NCBI GenBank assembly: GCA_963699155.1
Contig: OY969414.1
Location: 1,739,757 to 1,803,756, forward strand
DNA: 64,000 bases
Direction of reading: 5' to 3'
Origin: an uncultured Chlamydiales bacterium
GTDB lineage: Bacteria; Chlamydiota; Chlamydiia; Chlamydiales; JAAKFR01
Shown piece by piece: positions 44,942 through 54,620 of this stretch. The position numbers and the translations under genes are program-made. Every line of letters begins with the position of its first letter. Position 1 is the first letter of the stretch. The notes under the pieces were generated by a model. The model did no database searches and was not told where the DNA came from. It saw only the letters and a list, made by a program, of their open reading frames with translations.

Positions 44942-46693
44942 ATGTCTCTCACCAATTTTATTTGGAAATTTGTAAGAAGGCAGAAGTGGATTTTTTCTGC
45001 CATACTTCTCCTTTCCATGATGTGGGTTTTCGAAACACTGTTTTGGCCCTACTTTCTCCGCAATCTAGTCGATGTTCTGACAGACTTCGATCACGACCGT
45101 CTGTCAGCTTGGCCTATTTTGAAAGTGCTCCTACCTGTGGGCGCCGTCGCATGGATTTTCATGGATGGTGGCTTCCGCTTGAGGGATTACCTGCAAGCGC
45201 GCGCTTTTCCTAAACTTGAGGCCGACATCCGTATGGAGATGTTTGACCATGTCCAGCACCACTCCCCTAAGTATTTCAGCGAAAATTTTTCCGGAAGCCT
45301 CTCCAATAAAATTGGGGATATGGTTTTGGCCACCACGGTGATTTTGCGCAATGCGTTTGTCCTCTTTTTCCCCTGCATCCTCACTTGCATTGTGACGATT
45401 GCGATTTTTGCCCAAATTAACTTCTATTTGGCTCTCATCGTGGGAGTTTGGATTGCCGCCCACTTCCTGCTTTCCTGGTTTTTCACCCTGAAATGTGCCC
45501 ACTATTCCTTCCTCCACGGTGAGACGCGTAGCATTTTGGCGGGAAAGATTGTCGATAGTCTTTCCAACAACTTCATCGTCAACCTCTTTTTCCGCTTCCG
45601 CTTTGAAAAAGAGCAGATCCAACGCTTCCAAAAAGAGGAGTTGAAAGCGAACGATCGCGCCCAAGCCTATTCTGTAAAAATGTTCACTTCGCTCTGCGTT
45701 CTCCTCGCTCTTGAAATGTTTGTTCTCACCGGTTTTATCATTTACAGCTGGACCCAAGAGCGTTTTTCAACTGGTGAGGTGGTTCAAGTTCTCTATACGA
45801 TCTGGAATTTGAGCATGGTGGTCTTGCATGTGGCCGACCGCGCGCCTGAGGTCTTCCAATCGATGGGAATTGCAAAGCAGGCTTTGTCGATCATGAATGA
45901 TCCGCAAGATATTCTCGACCCTCCTCAAGCAAATCCTCTTTCGGTCAAAAAAGGTGAAATTATCTTTGACAATGTCTCCTTCTGCTATGGGGAGAAAAAG
46001 ATTTTCCAGAATAACAGCTTAAAGATCGCTGCCGGTGAAAAAGTGGGCCTTGTCGGCTTCTCTGGAGCGGGAAAATCGACTTTCATCAATCTTATTCTCC
46101 GCTTTTTCTCAGTGCAGAATGGAAAGATTTTGATCGACGGACAAGATATCTCCTCGGTGACCCTCAAATCACTTCGAGAGAATATTGCCCTGATTCCTCA
46201 AGATCCCCTCCTCTTCCACCGCTCTCTTGAAGATAATATCCGCTATGGACAGATCGAGGCTTCACATAAGGAGATCATGGCCGCTGCAAAGCTGGCTCAT
46301 TGCGATAGCTTCATCAAAAAATCATCTGCAGGCTATAGGGCAGTTGTCGGAGAGCGAGGTGCAAAACTTTCCGGTGGTGAGCGGCAACGCATTGCGATCG
46401 CCCGTGCGATGCTTCTGAAAGCCCCTATTCTCATCCTCGATGAAGCGACCTCGGCACTTGATTCGGTGACTGAAAGCTACATCCAGGAGAGTCTCGAAAA
46501 GTTGATGACCAACCGCACCACGATTGTCGTCGCCCATCGCCTTTCCACACTCTCCAAAATGGACCGCATCCTTGTCTTCGACCAAGGAAAAATTATCGAG
46601 CAGGGCAGCCACACCGAGCTACTCAAGAAGAATGGCCACTACGCTCAGATGTGGCAGATGCAAGCCGGCGGCTTTCTGCCAGACATTCCTTAA
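44942..46693 (+). CDS. ABC exporter, fused permease/ATPase (MsbA/MdlB-like)
   Basis: N-terminal TM domain, GFSGAGKST, LSGGERQRIAIAR, ILDEATSALD, VAHRLST. Confidence 0.95.
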   Translation: MSLTNFIWKFVRRQKWIFSAILLLSMMWVFETLFWPYFLRNLVDVLTDFDHDRLSAWPILKVLLPVGAVAWIFMDGGFRLRDYLQARAFPKLEADIRMEMFDHVQHHSPKYFSENFSGSLSNKIGDMVLATTVILRNAFVLFFPCILTCIVTIAIFAQINFYLALIVGVWIAAHFLLSWFFTLKCAHYSFLHGETRSILAGKIVDSLSNNFIVNLFFRFRFEKEQIQRFQKEELKANDRAQAYSVKMFTSLCVLLALEMFVLTGFIIYSWTQERFSTGEVVQVLYTIWNLSMVVLHVADRAPEVFQSMGIAKQALSIMNDPQDILDPPQANPLSVKKGEIIFDNVSFCYGEKKIFQNNSLKIAAGEKVGLVGFSGAGKSTFINLILRFFSVQNGKILIDGQDISSVTLKSLRENIALIPQDPLLFHRSLEDNIRYGQIEASHKEIMAAAKLAHCDSFIKKSSAGYRAVVGERGAKLSGGERQRIAIARAMLLKAPILILDEATSALDSVTESYIQESLEKLMTNRTTIVVAHRLSTLSKMDRILVFDQGKIIEQGSHTELLKKNGHYAQMWQMQAGGFLPDIP

Positions 46694-47865
46694 TTTTTTT
46701 TAAAAATCATGACGTGGAATGCCGTTCTCACCTCTAATTGATTTGAGGGAAGATCGAAGCTGAATTCACGATGAAGGAGGCCGCCATGTCTTTGATGATA
46801 AATCAAACGATTATAAGATTTGCCCTCATTGTGTTGAAAGCCGAGATCGGGGTGTGGGATAGTTACAGAAACTTCGATGAGATTGGCGAAGAGAGTTTCG
46901 AAATGGTGGGTTTCAAAGGCTGCTGTGACATCTTGACGATAGCTTTCGATGCTCTGAAGAGTCGTTGCGCTATTGGCAGTTAAAAGGTCTAAAAAATTGC
47001 AGAGAGAAAGACCCTTAAAAAAGCTTTTTCTTAAAAAGCACTGCCGTTGAGCGGCTGTGAGGGCAGCTAACTTATTAAAGAAGTTTGTGTATTTCACCCC
47101 TAAGCTGCTGAGTTCTTGTTCGACCTTTTCTACAGGTGTCACTTTGACCCCTTGAATGACCCGAAATTTTTGATCGAAGGGACTCTCTTCTATATAAGGG
47201 AATACGCAACTCTCAGCTTGGCTAAATTTGGCAAGCAGAGGAATCAGGTCAATGGGTCGATCAGCAAGAATGAGACAATGGCCCCCACTTCGCAGCAGCT
47301 GATGGGCACCAGAAGCAAACTGTCCCAACTCATGGCGTGAAATGACGTCAGCCACATTGATGGCAATGAGGCCATCTTGCGACTCAAATAGTGAGGGATC
47401 AGGACTTCTCAAATCGACACAGTGGAATGGTCTCCTAGTTTTGGGGGCTTCCTCTTCAACTACTGAAGGGATATAGTCAGAATAAGACAAATTTTGTTGC
47501 AGCTGTTGCGGCAACAAAAAAGCGAGATAAGAAAGCCCATTTTCATCGAGGAGATTTGAGCCAATTTCTAGAATTTGAGAAGTTCGGGAGAAATAGCGCG
47601 CGCAGAGAGCATGAACCAATTTCATCGAAGCGGCTTGCACCTGAACACGCTCCTCGACTGCCGTATCCCACTCAGAGATCGTTTCCATCCTGAAATGGCG
47701 ATAGTCGGAATAGTTGGCTCGAGGCTCTCGAAGGGCATGCGCCGTCTTGGAACGAGAAAATTTTTCCAAAGCAGCTTCCCACAGCTTCAGCTCTTTCTTC
47801 CCTATCGCCCTCAGTTGAGACTGTCTATCTACAAAAGAAGAGCTGCCTTGAACCCTCAGTGCCAT
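46690..47865 (-). CDS. Hypothetical protein, possible class I SAM-dependent methyltransferase fold
   Basis: ILEIGS (motif I-like), SYSDY, CVDL, DGLIAINVADV and LLRSGG follow the Rossmann MTase order. Divergent. Confidence 0.55.
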   Translation of the reverse strand: MALRVQGSSSFVDRQSQLRAIGKKELKLWEAALEKFSRSKTAHALREPRANYSDYRHFRMETISEWDTAVEERVQVQAASMKLVHALCARYFSRTSQILEIGSNLLDENGLSYLAFLLPQQLQQNLSYSDYIPSVVEEEAPKTRRPFHCVDLRSPDPSLFESQDGLIAINVADVISRHELGQFASGAHQLLRSGGHCLILADRPIDLIPLLAKFSQAESCVFPYIEESPFDQKFRVIQGVKVTPVEKVEQELSSLGVKYTNFFNKLAALTAAQRQCFLRKSFFKGLSLCNFLDLLTANSATTLQSIESYRQDVTAAFETHHFETLFANLIEVSVTIPHPDLGFQHNEGKSYNRLIYHQRHGGLLHREFSFDLPSNQLEVRTAFHVMIFKKN

Positions 47866-47871
47866 ATGAAG

Positions 47872-48372
47872 CTATTGATGATCTTTTAGGTGAGTTTGCA
47901 CTTGAACTCTTCTTGCGAATAGTTTTGTGCATTTCGGACAAGTGTAACCCTTTACCCTGGATTGATCTTCGAAAAATCGGGTGCCAATTAAGTGAGAGCC
48001 CTTATGTTCATTCAAACCTCTTTGGGTTCGATATCCCTTTGTACATGTAGAGACTGGGCAAGGAAAACGTTTACCCTCTTTCATCAAAGTGGCCAGGCAG
48101 ACCAGATCTTCAGGATGGCTCTCACGGAGATGGTCGGCGAGCCCATCTTTATAGTTATAACCTCTCTTACACCCATTAATGGGACATAAAAATGGTTTGA
48201 CGCCCTTCTCGACCGACAGAGGAGCTCTCTGCATCCATAAAGCAGACACTCTAGGGTCATAGCTGGACCTAGAGGCTGTCTCAATTGCCCTTTGTCCCCA
48301 TTCATCTAAAGAATCCTCTTCAGAACTCAGATTGTGCCGAAAAGTCTGGAAATTGTAAAAAGTTATAGCCAT
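47872..48372 (-). CDS. C2H2 zinc-finger protein (3 fingers), copy 2
   Basis: FLCPINGC...LADHLRESH, FPCPVSTC...LNEHKGSH, YTCPKC...VQTHLKDH. Start MAITF at 48372 by homology with the neighbour. Confidence 0.88.
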   Translation of the reverse strand: MAITFYNFQTFRHNLSSEEDSLDEWGQRAIETASRSSYDPRVSALWMQRAPLSVEKGVKPFLCPINGCKRGYNYKDGLADHLRESHPEDLVCLATLMKEGKRFPCPVSTCTKGYRTQRGLNEHKGSHLIGTRFFEDQSRVKGYTCPKCTKLFARRVQVQTHLKDHQ

Positions 48373-48974
48373 ATGAACTACTGATGATCTTCTCTTAGAT
48401 GAGTTTGCACTTGAACTCTTGTTGCGAATCGTTTTTTGCACAACTCAATGGGACAGGCATAAATTTTTGTCTTGGGAGTTTGATAGCTCTCGGAAAGAAT
48501 CATATAATGTTGGCCATCTCTGTGAGTTCTCATATGTAGATTAAAAGTGCTAGGTAACTCATAACCTCTTTTACATGTTGAGATGGGGCAAGGAAAGGTT
48601 TTACCCTCTTTTAGCAAAGCTGGTATGCGAACCCTATCTTCAGGATGCTTCATGTGGATATGATCGATGAGCCCCTTTCTACCCTGGTAAACTCTCGTAC
48701 ATCCCTTAATGCCACAAAAAAAAGATTTGACCATCTCTTCTACCAATTTTTGTGGGGGCGCACGTTTCTTCCTCAAAATCTTTTTCTCGAGGCTAGGGGC
48801 CTCTTCATTTTGGGGATTCTGCGTCGGTTTCTGCATCCATAAAGATGACACTCTAGGGTCATAGCTGGACCTAGAGGCTGTCTCAATTGCCCTTTGTCCC
48901 CATTCATCTAAAGAATCCTCTTCAGAACTCAGATTGTGCCGAAAAGTCTGGAAATTATAAAAAGTTATAGCCAT
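48229..48974. repeat. 144-bp direct repeat (48229-48372 and 48831-48974) covering the 5' ends of both zinc-finger genes
   Basis: Manual alignment shows 3 mismatches in 144 bp. Confidence 0.9.
48378..48974 (-). CDS. C2H2 zinc-finger protein (3 fingers, basic NLS-like segment), copy 1
   Basis: FFCGIKGC...LIDHIHMKH, FPCPISTC...FNLHMRTH, YACPIELC...VQTHLREDH, plus KKILRKKR. Confidence 0.88.
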   Translation of the reverse strand: MAITFYNFQTFRHNLSSEEDSLDEWGQRAIETASRSSYDPRVSSLWMQKPTQNPQNEEAPSLEKKILRKKRAPPQKLVEEMVKSFFCGIKGCTRVYQGRKGLIDHIHMKHPEDRVRIPALLKEGKTFPCPISTCKRGYELPSTFNLHMRTHRDGQHYMILSESYQTPKTKIYACPIELCKKRFATRVQVQTHLREDHQ

Positions 48975-49684
48975 AGTTCATTATTTTTAAACACTATATA
49001 TAATTATCAGATTTTATCAAAACAAAAGAGTTTAGAAAAACGACATAAATGGACCAACGATCGGCTAACTGGGTTGTTACACAACCCCAATTTAACGCCA
49101 GTTTAATTTAACAAGATACGCGCTAACGCGCTACAGGATCGCTGCCTTTGGCAGCGGCAGGATGGGTTGTGCAACAACTCCTCGGCTAACGAAAATTCAT
49201 TGAATTCTGGCAGATAAAGGGTGTACAGCATCAGAAGTTCAGTCGCTGAATAGCCTTCCATCTGAGATTTACCAATCTGAATTAAATAGTTATCAAAGAT
49301 TGCGGATCTTAAATCTCGGTGCACCTGTTTTTTGTGGGATTGCTCTTTTCGCCAGTGGAGATCTGATGAGCGCGATTTGTGTGATTTTCCTAGGGCTGGC
49401 AAGTTTCCCAATTGGTGAAAAGTTCTTTAAAGACAATACTTTTCGAATATATCAATTTCCAGCTGAAAACCATCAAAGAAATCCAGCAACTGCCACACGC
49501 CCCTTCTGTTCTGATGATTTCCCACCATTTTATCGATGAAGCGAAAGAGAAGCTGAAGGTTCATCAGGAAATCGAGCTGTAATAGAGTCATGTTGCAAAT
49601 ATTGGTTACATAAATATTTTAATTTGTATCATTTAATGAAAAGATAAGGTATAATGTGTCGAAACAAAACGCATATTAGGAAAA

Positions 49685-50944
49685 ATGTCTTTTAAAAATC
49701 TAGGCCTTCACAGTGAAATCGTTCAAGCCATCGAAGAAAAAGGCTACACAGAAGCTACTCCCATCCAAATCAAAGCGATCCCTCTTGTTATTAAGAGACA
49801 CGATATTTTAGCCAGTGCGCAGACTGGTACTGGAAAAACTGCTGGTTTTACCCTGCCCCTCTTGCAAGTGTTGATGGATACCAGAAAAAATGGAGATAAG
49901 CATGCCACACGAGCCCTTATCCTAACCCCTACGCGCGAGCTTGCCGCCCAAGTTGGCGACAGTGTTAAAACTTATGGAAAGTACCTTCCTTTTAAGACTC
50001 AGGTGGTTTTTGGTGGTGTCAATATCAATGAACAGATCCGGAAGCTGAGAAGTGGAGCCGACATACTCATCGCAACGCCTGGAAGGCTTTTAGACCTCGT
50101 ATCACAGCATGCCGTAGATCTTTCCCAAGTAGAGATTTTAGTCCTCGATGAAGCGGATCGGATGTTGGATATGGGCTTTATCCATGACATTAAGAAAGTC
50201 CTTCGATTATTGCCTGCACAGCGACAAAATTTACTTTTTTCAGCCACTTTCAACGAAGAAATCAAGAAGCTCGCAAGCGGCATCTTAAAAAATGCTCAGA
50301 CAATCGAAGTCGCCAGACAAAATGCGCCCACAGAGCTTGTAACGCATATTGTTTATCCCGTCGACAACAAGCGCAAAAAAGAGCTTCTCTCATTTTTAAT
50401 CACTACAAATAAATGGGAACAGGTTTTGATCTTTACCCGCACAAAACATGGGGCCAACAGGTTAGCCAAGCAACTCACGACTGATGGGATTATCTCTGAG
50501 GCCATCCACGGCAATAAAAGCCAATCTGCGCGGACAAAGGCGCTGGCCGATTTTAAAAAAGGGGTACTTAGAGTGCTCGTTGCGACCGATATTGCCTCCC
50601 GTGGCCTCGATATCGACCAGTTGAATCACGTAGTAAATTTTGAACTCCCCAACGTCCCAGAAGATTATATCCACCGCATTGGCCGTGCCGGTCGCGCAGG
50701 CAACGAAGGGTGGGCCTACTCACTCGTTTGCGTCGATGAAAATGGTCTTCTGGCTGACATTGAAAAGCTCCTCAAGCAGAAGATTGTAAAAAAACTTGAG
50801 CCAGGCTTTGATGTCGATCCAAATATCGCCGCTGAGCCCATCCAAAATGGGAAGAAGACCCATTCTCACTCCCCCCGCAGATATGACTCTCGCCCCAAGA
50901 GATCGACTAAGCCGAAATTCGACCCTAGATCCAAAGCTAGATAA
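49685..50944 (+). CDS. rhlE: DEAD-box RNA helicase
   Basis: Q motif [43 protein letters not shown]. RhlE-type GGVNIN.Q and DMGFIHDI. Confidence 0.92.
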   Translation: MSFKNLGLHSEIVQAIEEKGYTEATPIQIKAIPLVIKRHDILASAQTGTGKTAGFTLPLLQVLMDTRKNGDKHATRALILTPTRELAAQVGDSVKTYGKYLPFKTQVVFGGVNINEQIRKLRSGADILIATPGRLLDLVSQHAVDLSQVEILVLDEADRMLDMGFIHDIKKVLRLLPAQRQNLLFSATFNEEIKKLASGILKNAQTIEVARQNAPTELVTHIVYPVDNKRKKELLSFLITTNKWEQVLIFTRTKHGANRLAKQLTTDGIISEAIHGNKSQSARTKALADFKKGVLRVLVATDIASRGLDIDQLNHVVNFELPNVPEDYIHRIGRAGRAGNEGWAYSLVCVDENGLLADIEKLLKQKIVKKLEPGFDVDPNIAAEPIQNGKKTHSHSPRRYDSRPKRSTKPKFDPRSKAR

Positions 50945-50961
50945 CCTGCTACTATCTCGCT

Positions 50962-52284
50962 GTGTTTATTGCTCTTTTGGTTTTTCTAGTGGCTCATATC
51001 TCTGGTCACTCTGAAGTGAATGTGATTTTTAAATCACCGAGTGAACTTCAAAATGCTCTAAAGCCTTTGAGGGTGGAGGAGCTTTTCCAGCGCATCGCAA
51101 AATCAGATAAGATTCGGCTTAAATTTTGCTACGATGAGAGGTTGACATCGTCAAATGTAACCTCTATGCGCCATAGAAGCCTAGGTAACCTGTTACAGCA
51201 TGAGCTGCTGAGGAGAGAGCTCCTCACAGTTTACTATCCCGAAACTCCGCGGGTGCCCCACCATTTAACGATCGCTTTTAACCGACGGGAGTTCAAAGGG
51301 ATTACGGAGTTGAGCGAAGAGGAAAATAGAGAGCTCTTCGCGACCATCAAAAAAATGGCTGAAATATATCAGACGCTTGCAATTCACGGCTTTGTAATTG
51401 CTCAGTATGAATCGCCTCAGACAGGTCATAGGGATCGTTGTGTGGTGGAGATCATTCCCCATCTTCCTGGATTTCACGAGATTAAGAATTTAGTCGATAA
51501 GATGGAAAGCTATCGGTATGTGCTGTTTAGAAGCGCTAATCTGACAGCAGCTGAGTATCTCATCACAGACGAAGAAATTGAAAGTCATCGTTCATTTTGG
51601 CAGAAGGCATTTCAAGAGAATTCAAGCCCGATCCCGACAAGCGCCACCCAAATTTCTTTCCCCTATCTACGGAAAGAATCTCATCAAATCGAAGCAGATG
51701 CTCTCCTCTTTCGTCAGGTATTCGATTTTCTTGAAGATAAGGGGGGCAAGATTATCGACGCCCCGCCGTGCAACCCAGTAATGCCCACCGCCCTTCCAGA
51801 GAGGCCGACAACAGTCAAAGTAGAGCGCTGTTTCTTCTGTGACTCAGCTATCTTGGAGCGTCAACTCGTTTTCGAGTATGACGATGTCCAACTCTTGTAC
51901 AATATCCGTAAAGATGCGCGGGTGGGTTCCTCCTTTCTCATCCTGCCAAGAAGGCATACTGAAAAAGTCTATGGGCTGACTGCGAGTGAAATTGACCAGA
52001 TCTATGAAGTCAGAAAAGCTCTCGTCGAGCTGCTCAAGGAGAGCCACCCTGGCTGCGAGGTCATCGTCTACACGCAAGATAATCCTGCAGTGGGTCAAAC
52101 AGTCTTTCATGCCCACGAGCAAGTGGTCGTTGTTGACCCTCAAACCTTCCCTCTAACTTGGAACCTGATGCAGCTTTATCCTTCTGGCACCGTTTCCAAC
52201 GAAGAGATGGCTGATGTTTGCAAGACTTTTGGTCAAAAACTGAGTGACAAATTCGCTCAGCACTCCCAAGAAAAAGCAATTTAA
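50962..52284 (+). CDS. Tandem HIT-domain protein with a hydrophobic N-terminus
   Basis: C-terminal HIT: CFFC, FLILPRRH, QDN.AVGQTVFHAHEQ. Degenerate N-terminal HIT: PRVPHHL...TELSEEE..EL...EIIP. Confidence 0.7.
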   Translation: MFIALLVFLVAHISGHSEVNVIFKSPSELQNALKPLRVEELFQRIAKSDKIRLKFCYDERLTSSNVTSMRHRSLGNLLQHELLRRELLTVYYPETPRVPHHLTIAFNRREFKGITELSEEENRELFATIKKMAEIYQTLAIHGFVIAQYESPQTGHRDRCVVEIIPHLPGFHEIKNLVDKMESYRYVLFRSANLTAAEYLITDEEIESHRSFWQKAFQENSSPIPTSATQISFPYLRKESHQIEADALLFRQVFDFLEDKGGKIIDAPPCNPVMPTALPERPTTVKVERCFFCDSAILERQLVFEYDDVQLLYNIRKDARVGSSFLILPRRHTEKVYGLTASEIDQIYEVRKALVELLKESHPGCEVIVYTQDNPAVGQTVFHAHEQVVVVDPQTFPLTWNLMQLYPSGTVSNEEMADVCKTFGQKLSDKFAQHSQEKAI

Positions 52285-52315
52285 CGATCGGCACACCATT
52301 TGCTTTCCTTCTGTT

Positions 52316-52651
52316 ATGGTGGGAAAGCTTTTCTTATTAATTAGAATATTGGTCCGATTTGCGATCATTCTGCTACCTCTCTTCGCTGCTTTACGTAAGA
52401 GTGGCATCTTAAAAGGTTTACGAAAAAAGAGAAGCTCTCTCAAATTTGAAGAGGCCTTAAGCAAACTCAAAGCAGACAAACGGGCCAAAGCGATTTCCCG
52501 AAAAAATGGTGATTTTCAACTGAAAAAAGAAGTGGTAGACGGCGAAGTGAAAATTGTGAAAACAGCCAAAGAGTCTGACATACCACTCAAGAGCTATCAG
52601 CTCTCCGAAGAGGATCTCCAAGCCCAAGATTGGGAGATTCTTACAAAATGA
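52316..52651 (+). CDS. Small membrane-anchored hypothetical protein
   Basis: N-terminal hydrophobic helix and C-terminal LSEEDLQAQDWEI. Stop overlaps the coaD start. Confidence 0.6.
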   Translation: MVGKLFLLIRILVRFAIILLPLFAALRKSGILKGLRKKRSSLKFEEALSKLKADKRAKAISRKNGDFQLKKEVVDGEVKIVKTAKESDIPLKSYQLSEEDLQAQDWEILTK

Positions 52652-53124
52652 GAGCTGCTATCTATCCAGGAACCTTTGATCCACCTACTTTGGGCCATCT
52701 GAATATTATTCAAAGAGGCTCGAAACAGTTCGACCGCCTGATTATCGCCATCGGTAAGAACCCAGCCAAATCTCCCCTCTTTTCTGTCGAAGAAAGAGTT
52801 GCCTTTTTGAAAGAGATCACCAAAGAGATTCCCCAGATCGAAATTTGCCCTTTCGATGGGCTTCTAGTCGATTTTGCCAAGTCAAAGAAGATCGACACAA
52901 TCTTGCGCGCTATCCGCACCATATTTGATTTTGAAAATGAAACACTCCAAGCCCAAATCAATCACAAACTGGGCAATCTTGAGACCCTCTACCTTGTTGT
53001 CGATGAGAAATACCGGCTGATCAGCTCCCAACTCGTCCGCGAAATCGCTGCCGGCGGCAAACGGCTCTCCGACTTCGTCCCCCCTGCCATCGAAGCCGAA
53101 GTTTTTAAACGTCTCTCCCAATGA
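52648..53124 (+). CDS. coaD: Phosphopantetheine adenylyltransferase
   Basis: AIYPGTFDPPTLGHLNII, K.PLFSVEER, GLLVDFA, ISSQLVREIA..G. Confidence 0.96.
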   Translation: MRAAIYPGTFDPPTLGHLNIIQRGSKQFDRLIIAIGKNPAKSPLFSVEERVAFLKEITKEIPQIEICPFDGLLVDFAKSKKIDTILRAIRTIFDFENETLQAQINHKLGNLETLYLVVDEKYRLISSQLVREIAAGGKRLSDFVPPAIEAEVFKRLSQ

Positions 53125-53220
53125 AATCCTACTGTAAATTCTTTAGGCTTGCCCCATATTTATTATCTCTTTAAGATCCTCGACCAATAAAGCGAACCCT
53201 TGAACTAAAGGATTAAATTT

Positions 53221-54600
53221 ATGGCTATTAGACCTGTTCCACCCGCTGATATTTTTTGCGTCAATCTGGTTAAGGAAATATTCACACGAAAGAGTCGATG
53301 TTTGAGCAAATGGCTCGTGTCTGCTCATGTGAAGGAATTAACCGGCAGATTTGCCAAAGTAGATGGTAAGTTTCAGATGGGTAAAGTCACCATCAAATTC
53401 ACTTCAGGTCACACATTTACTGGTAATCTTGGACAAGATAAGAGAATAGGTAGAATAGCCAAAGGCTCTTGTTCTTTGACCTATCCTTCAGGGATGCGTT
53501 TTGAAGGAAACTTTGAGAATGGGTATCCAAGCGGCAAAGGAAAATTGAGCTTTCCCAATGGCATGAACTATTTTGGATCCTGGCATGCGTTGGAGAAGAG
53601 ATTTGTTATGAAGACAACCTACCACGAATATACTTCATACATTTTTGAGGATGGCGGTAAAGGACGCTCAACCGGTTGTTATGTTGTTGAGCTTAATATC
53701 CTTGGAGAATTTGACCCATCTGGTAGACTTCTAGGAGAGGCCACCATTCAAACCCAAACTGGGGTTGGGCTAAGAGGCTACTTTAGTCAAGATACCCTAA
53801 TCGGAACTTTCACCTATTCCGAAAATGCAATCTATAACAAATTTGAAGGCACGATGCGCTCTGCTTTTCATGACTCTAAATCTCTTTATGGATGTGACTT
53901 TTGGGAGAATAGCTTGGTTCAAGGTGTGGTCACTTTTCGTCATGGCTGGTATGGCCTTTCTGATGAAGCTGTTTATGAAGGAGGATTCGACGGACAATTT
54001 CCTCATGGTGTAGGCAAAGCGATTTCAGATGGTATTGCCTATCGAGTCCTCTATGACCATGGCAATTTAATTCAGCAAACCCGAGAAAATCCACCTCCAC
54101 CGCCCCCTCTACCGCAAATAAATCAAGAAAAAGAGAACCAAGCCAAAGAGCTTAAAAGTGCTCAAGATGCCAAAATTGAAGCCGAGAAAAAAGTGAAAGA
54201 GTTGCAAGAGCAGCTTGCAAAAGCACCTGCGCAGCCTCCTGCTGCTGTAAAACGTCCGTTGCCTGCCGCAACAAAATCCCCAGCTGTCACGCGCACTGCA
54301 AGTGCTCAACGGCTGGGAGAGACGATCACCTTGCCAGATGGAAGCAGCTACACAGGTCTCACCAAAGAGGGTAAACCGCATGGTAAAGGAGTCCAAATCT
54401 TTACTGGACATACCCAGTTTAAGAAGTTTGATGGTGAATTTAGTGAAGGCCAGTTTGTCAATGGGACGATCACATTTATAGATGGCAGTAGCTATGTCGG
54501 TGATGTAAATAATCCTAAAGGGAAAGGCATCCTGAACACCATTGAAGGTGAAAGCATTAACGGTAATTTTGAAGACGGCCAGTTTAAAGAACAAAAATAA
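53221..54600 (+). CDS. MORN-repeat protein with a central polyproline/coiled-coil segment
   Basis: MORN-like YPSGMRFEGNFENGYPSGKG, YEGGFDGQFPHGVG, LPDGSSYTG..KEGKPHGKG, plus PPPPPPLP. Confidence 0.8.
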   Translation: MAIRPVPPADIFCVNLVKEIFTRKSRCLSKWLVSAHVKELTGRFAKVDGKFQMGKVTIKFTSGHTFTGNLGQDKRIGRIAKGSCSLTYPSGMRFEGNFENGYPSGKGKLSFPNGMNYFGSWHALEKRFVMKTTYHEYTSYIFEDGGKGRSTGCYVVELNILGEFDPSGRLLGEATIQTQTGVGLRGYFSQDTLIGTFTYSENAIYNKFEGTMRSAFHDSKSLYGCDFWENSLVQGVVTFRHGWYGLSDEAVYEGGFDGQFPHGVGKAISDGIAYRVLYDHGNLIQQTRENPPPPPPLPQINQEKENQAKELKSAQDAKIEAEKKVKELQEQLAKAPAQPPAAVKRPLPAATKSPAVTRTASAQRLGETITLPDGSSYTGLTKEGKPHGKGVQIFTGHTQFKKFDGEFSEGQFVNGTITFIDGSSYVGDVNNPKGKGILNTIEGESINGNFEDGQFKEQK

Positions 54601-54620
54601 AGCTTACAAAGGGAAAATTT

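Noticed and set aside
48373..48441. 23-aa N-terminal extension of the second zinc-finger ORF
   Set aside because: It overlaps the upstream paralog's 3' end. Homology places the start at 48372.
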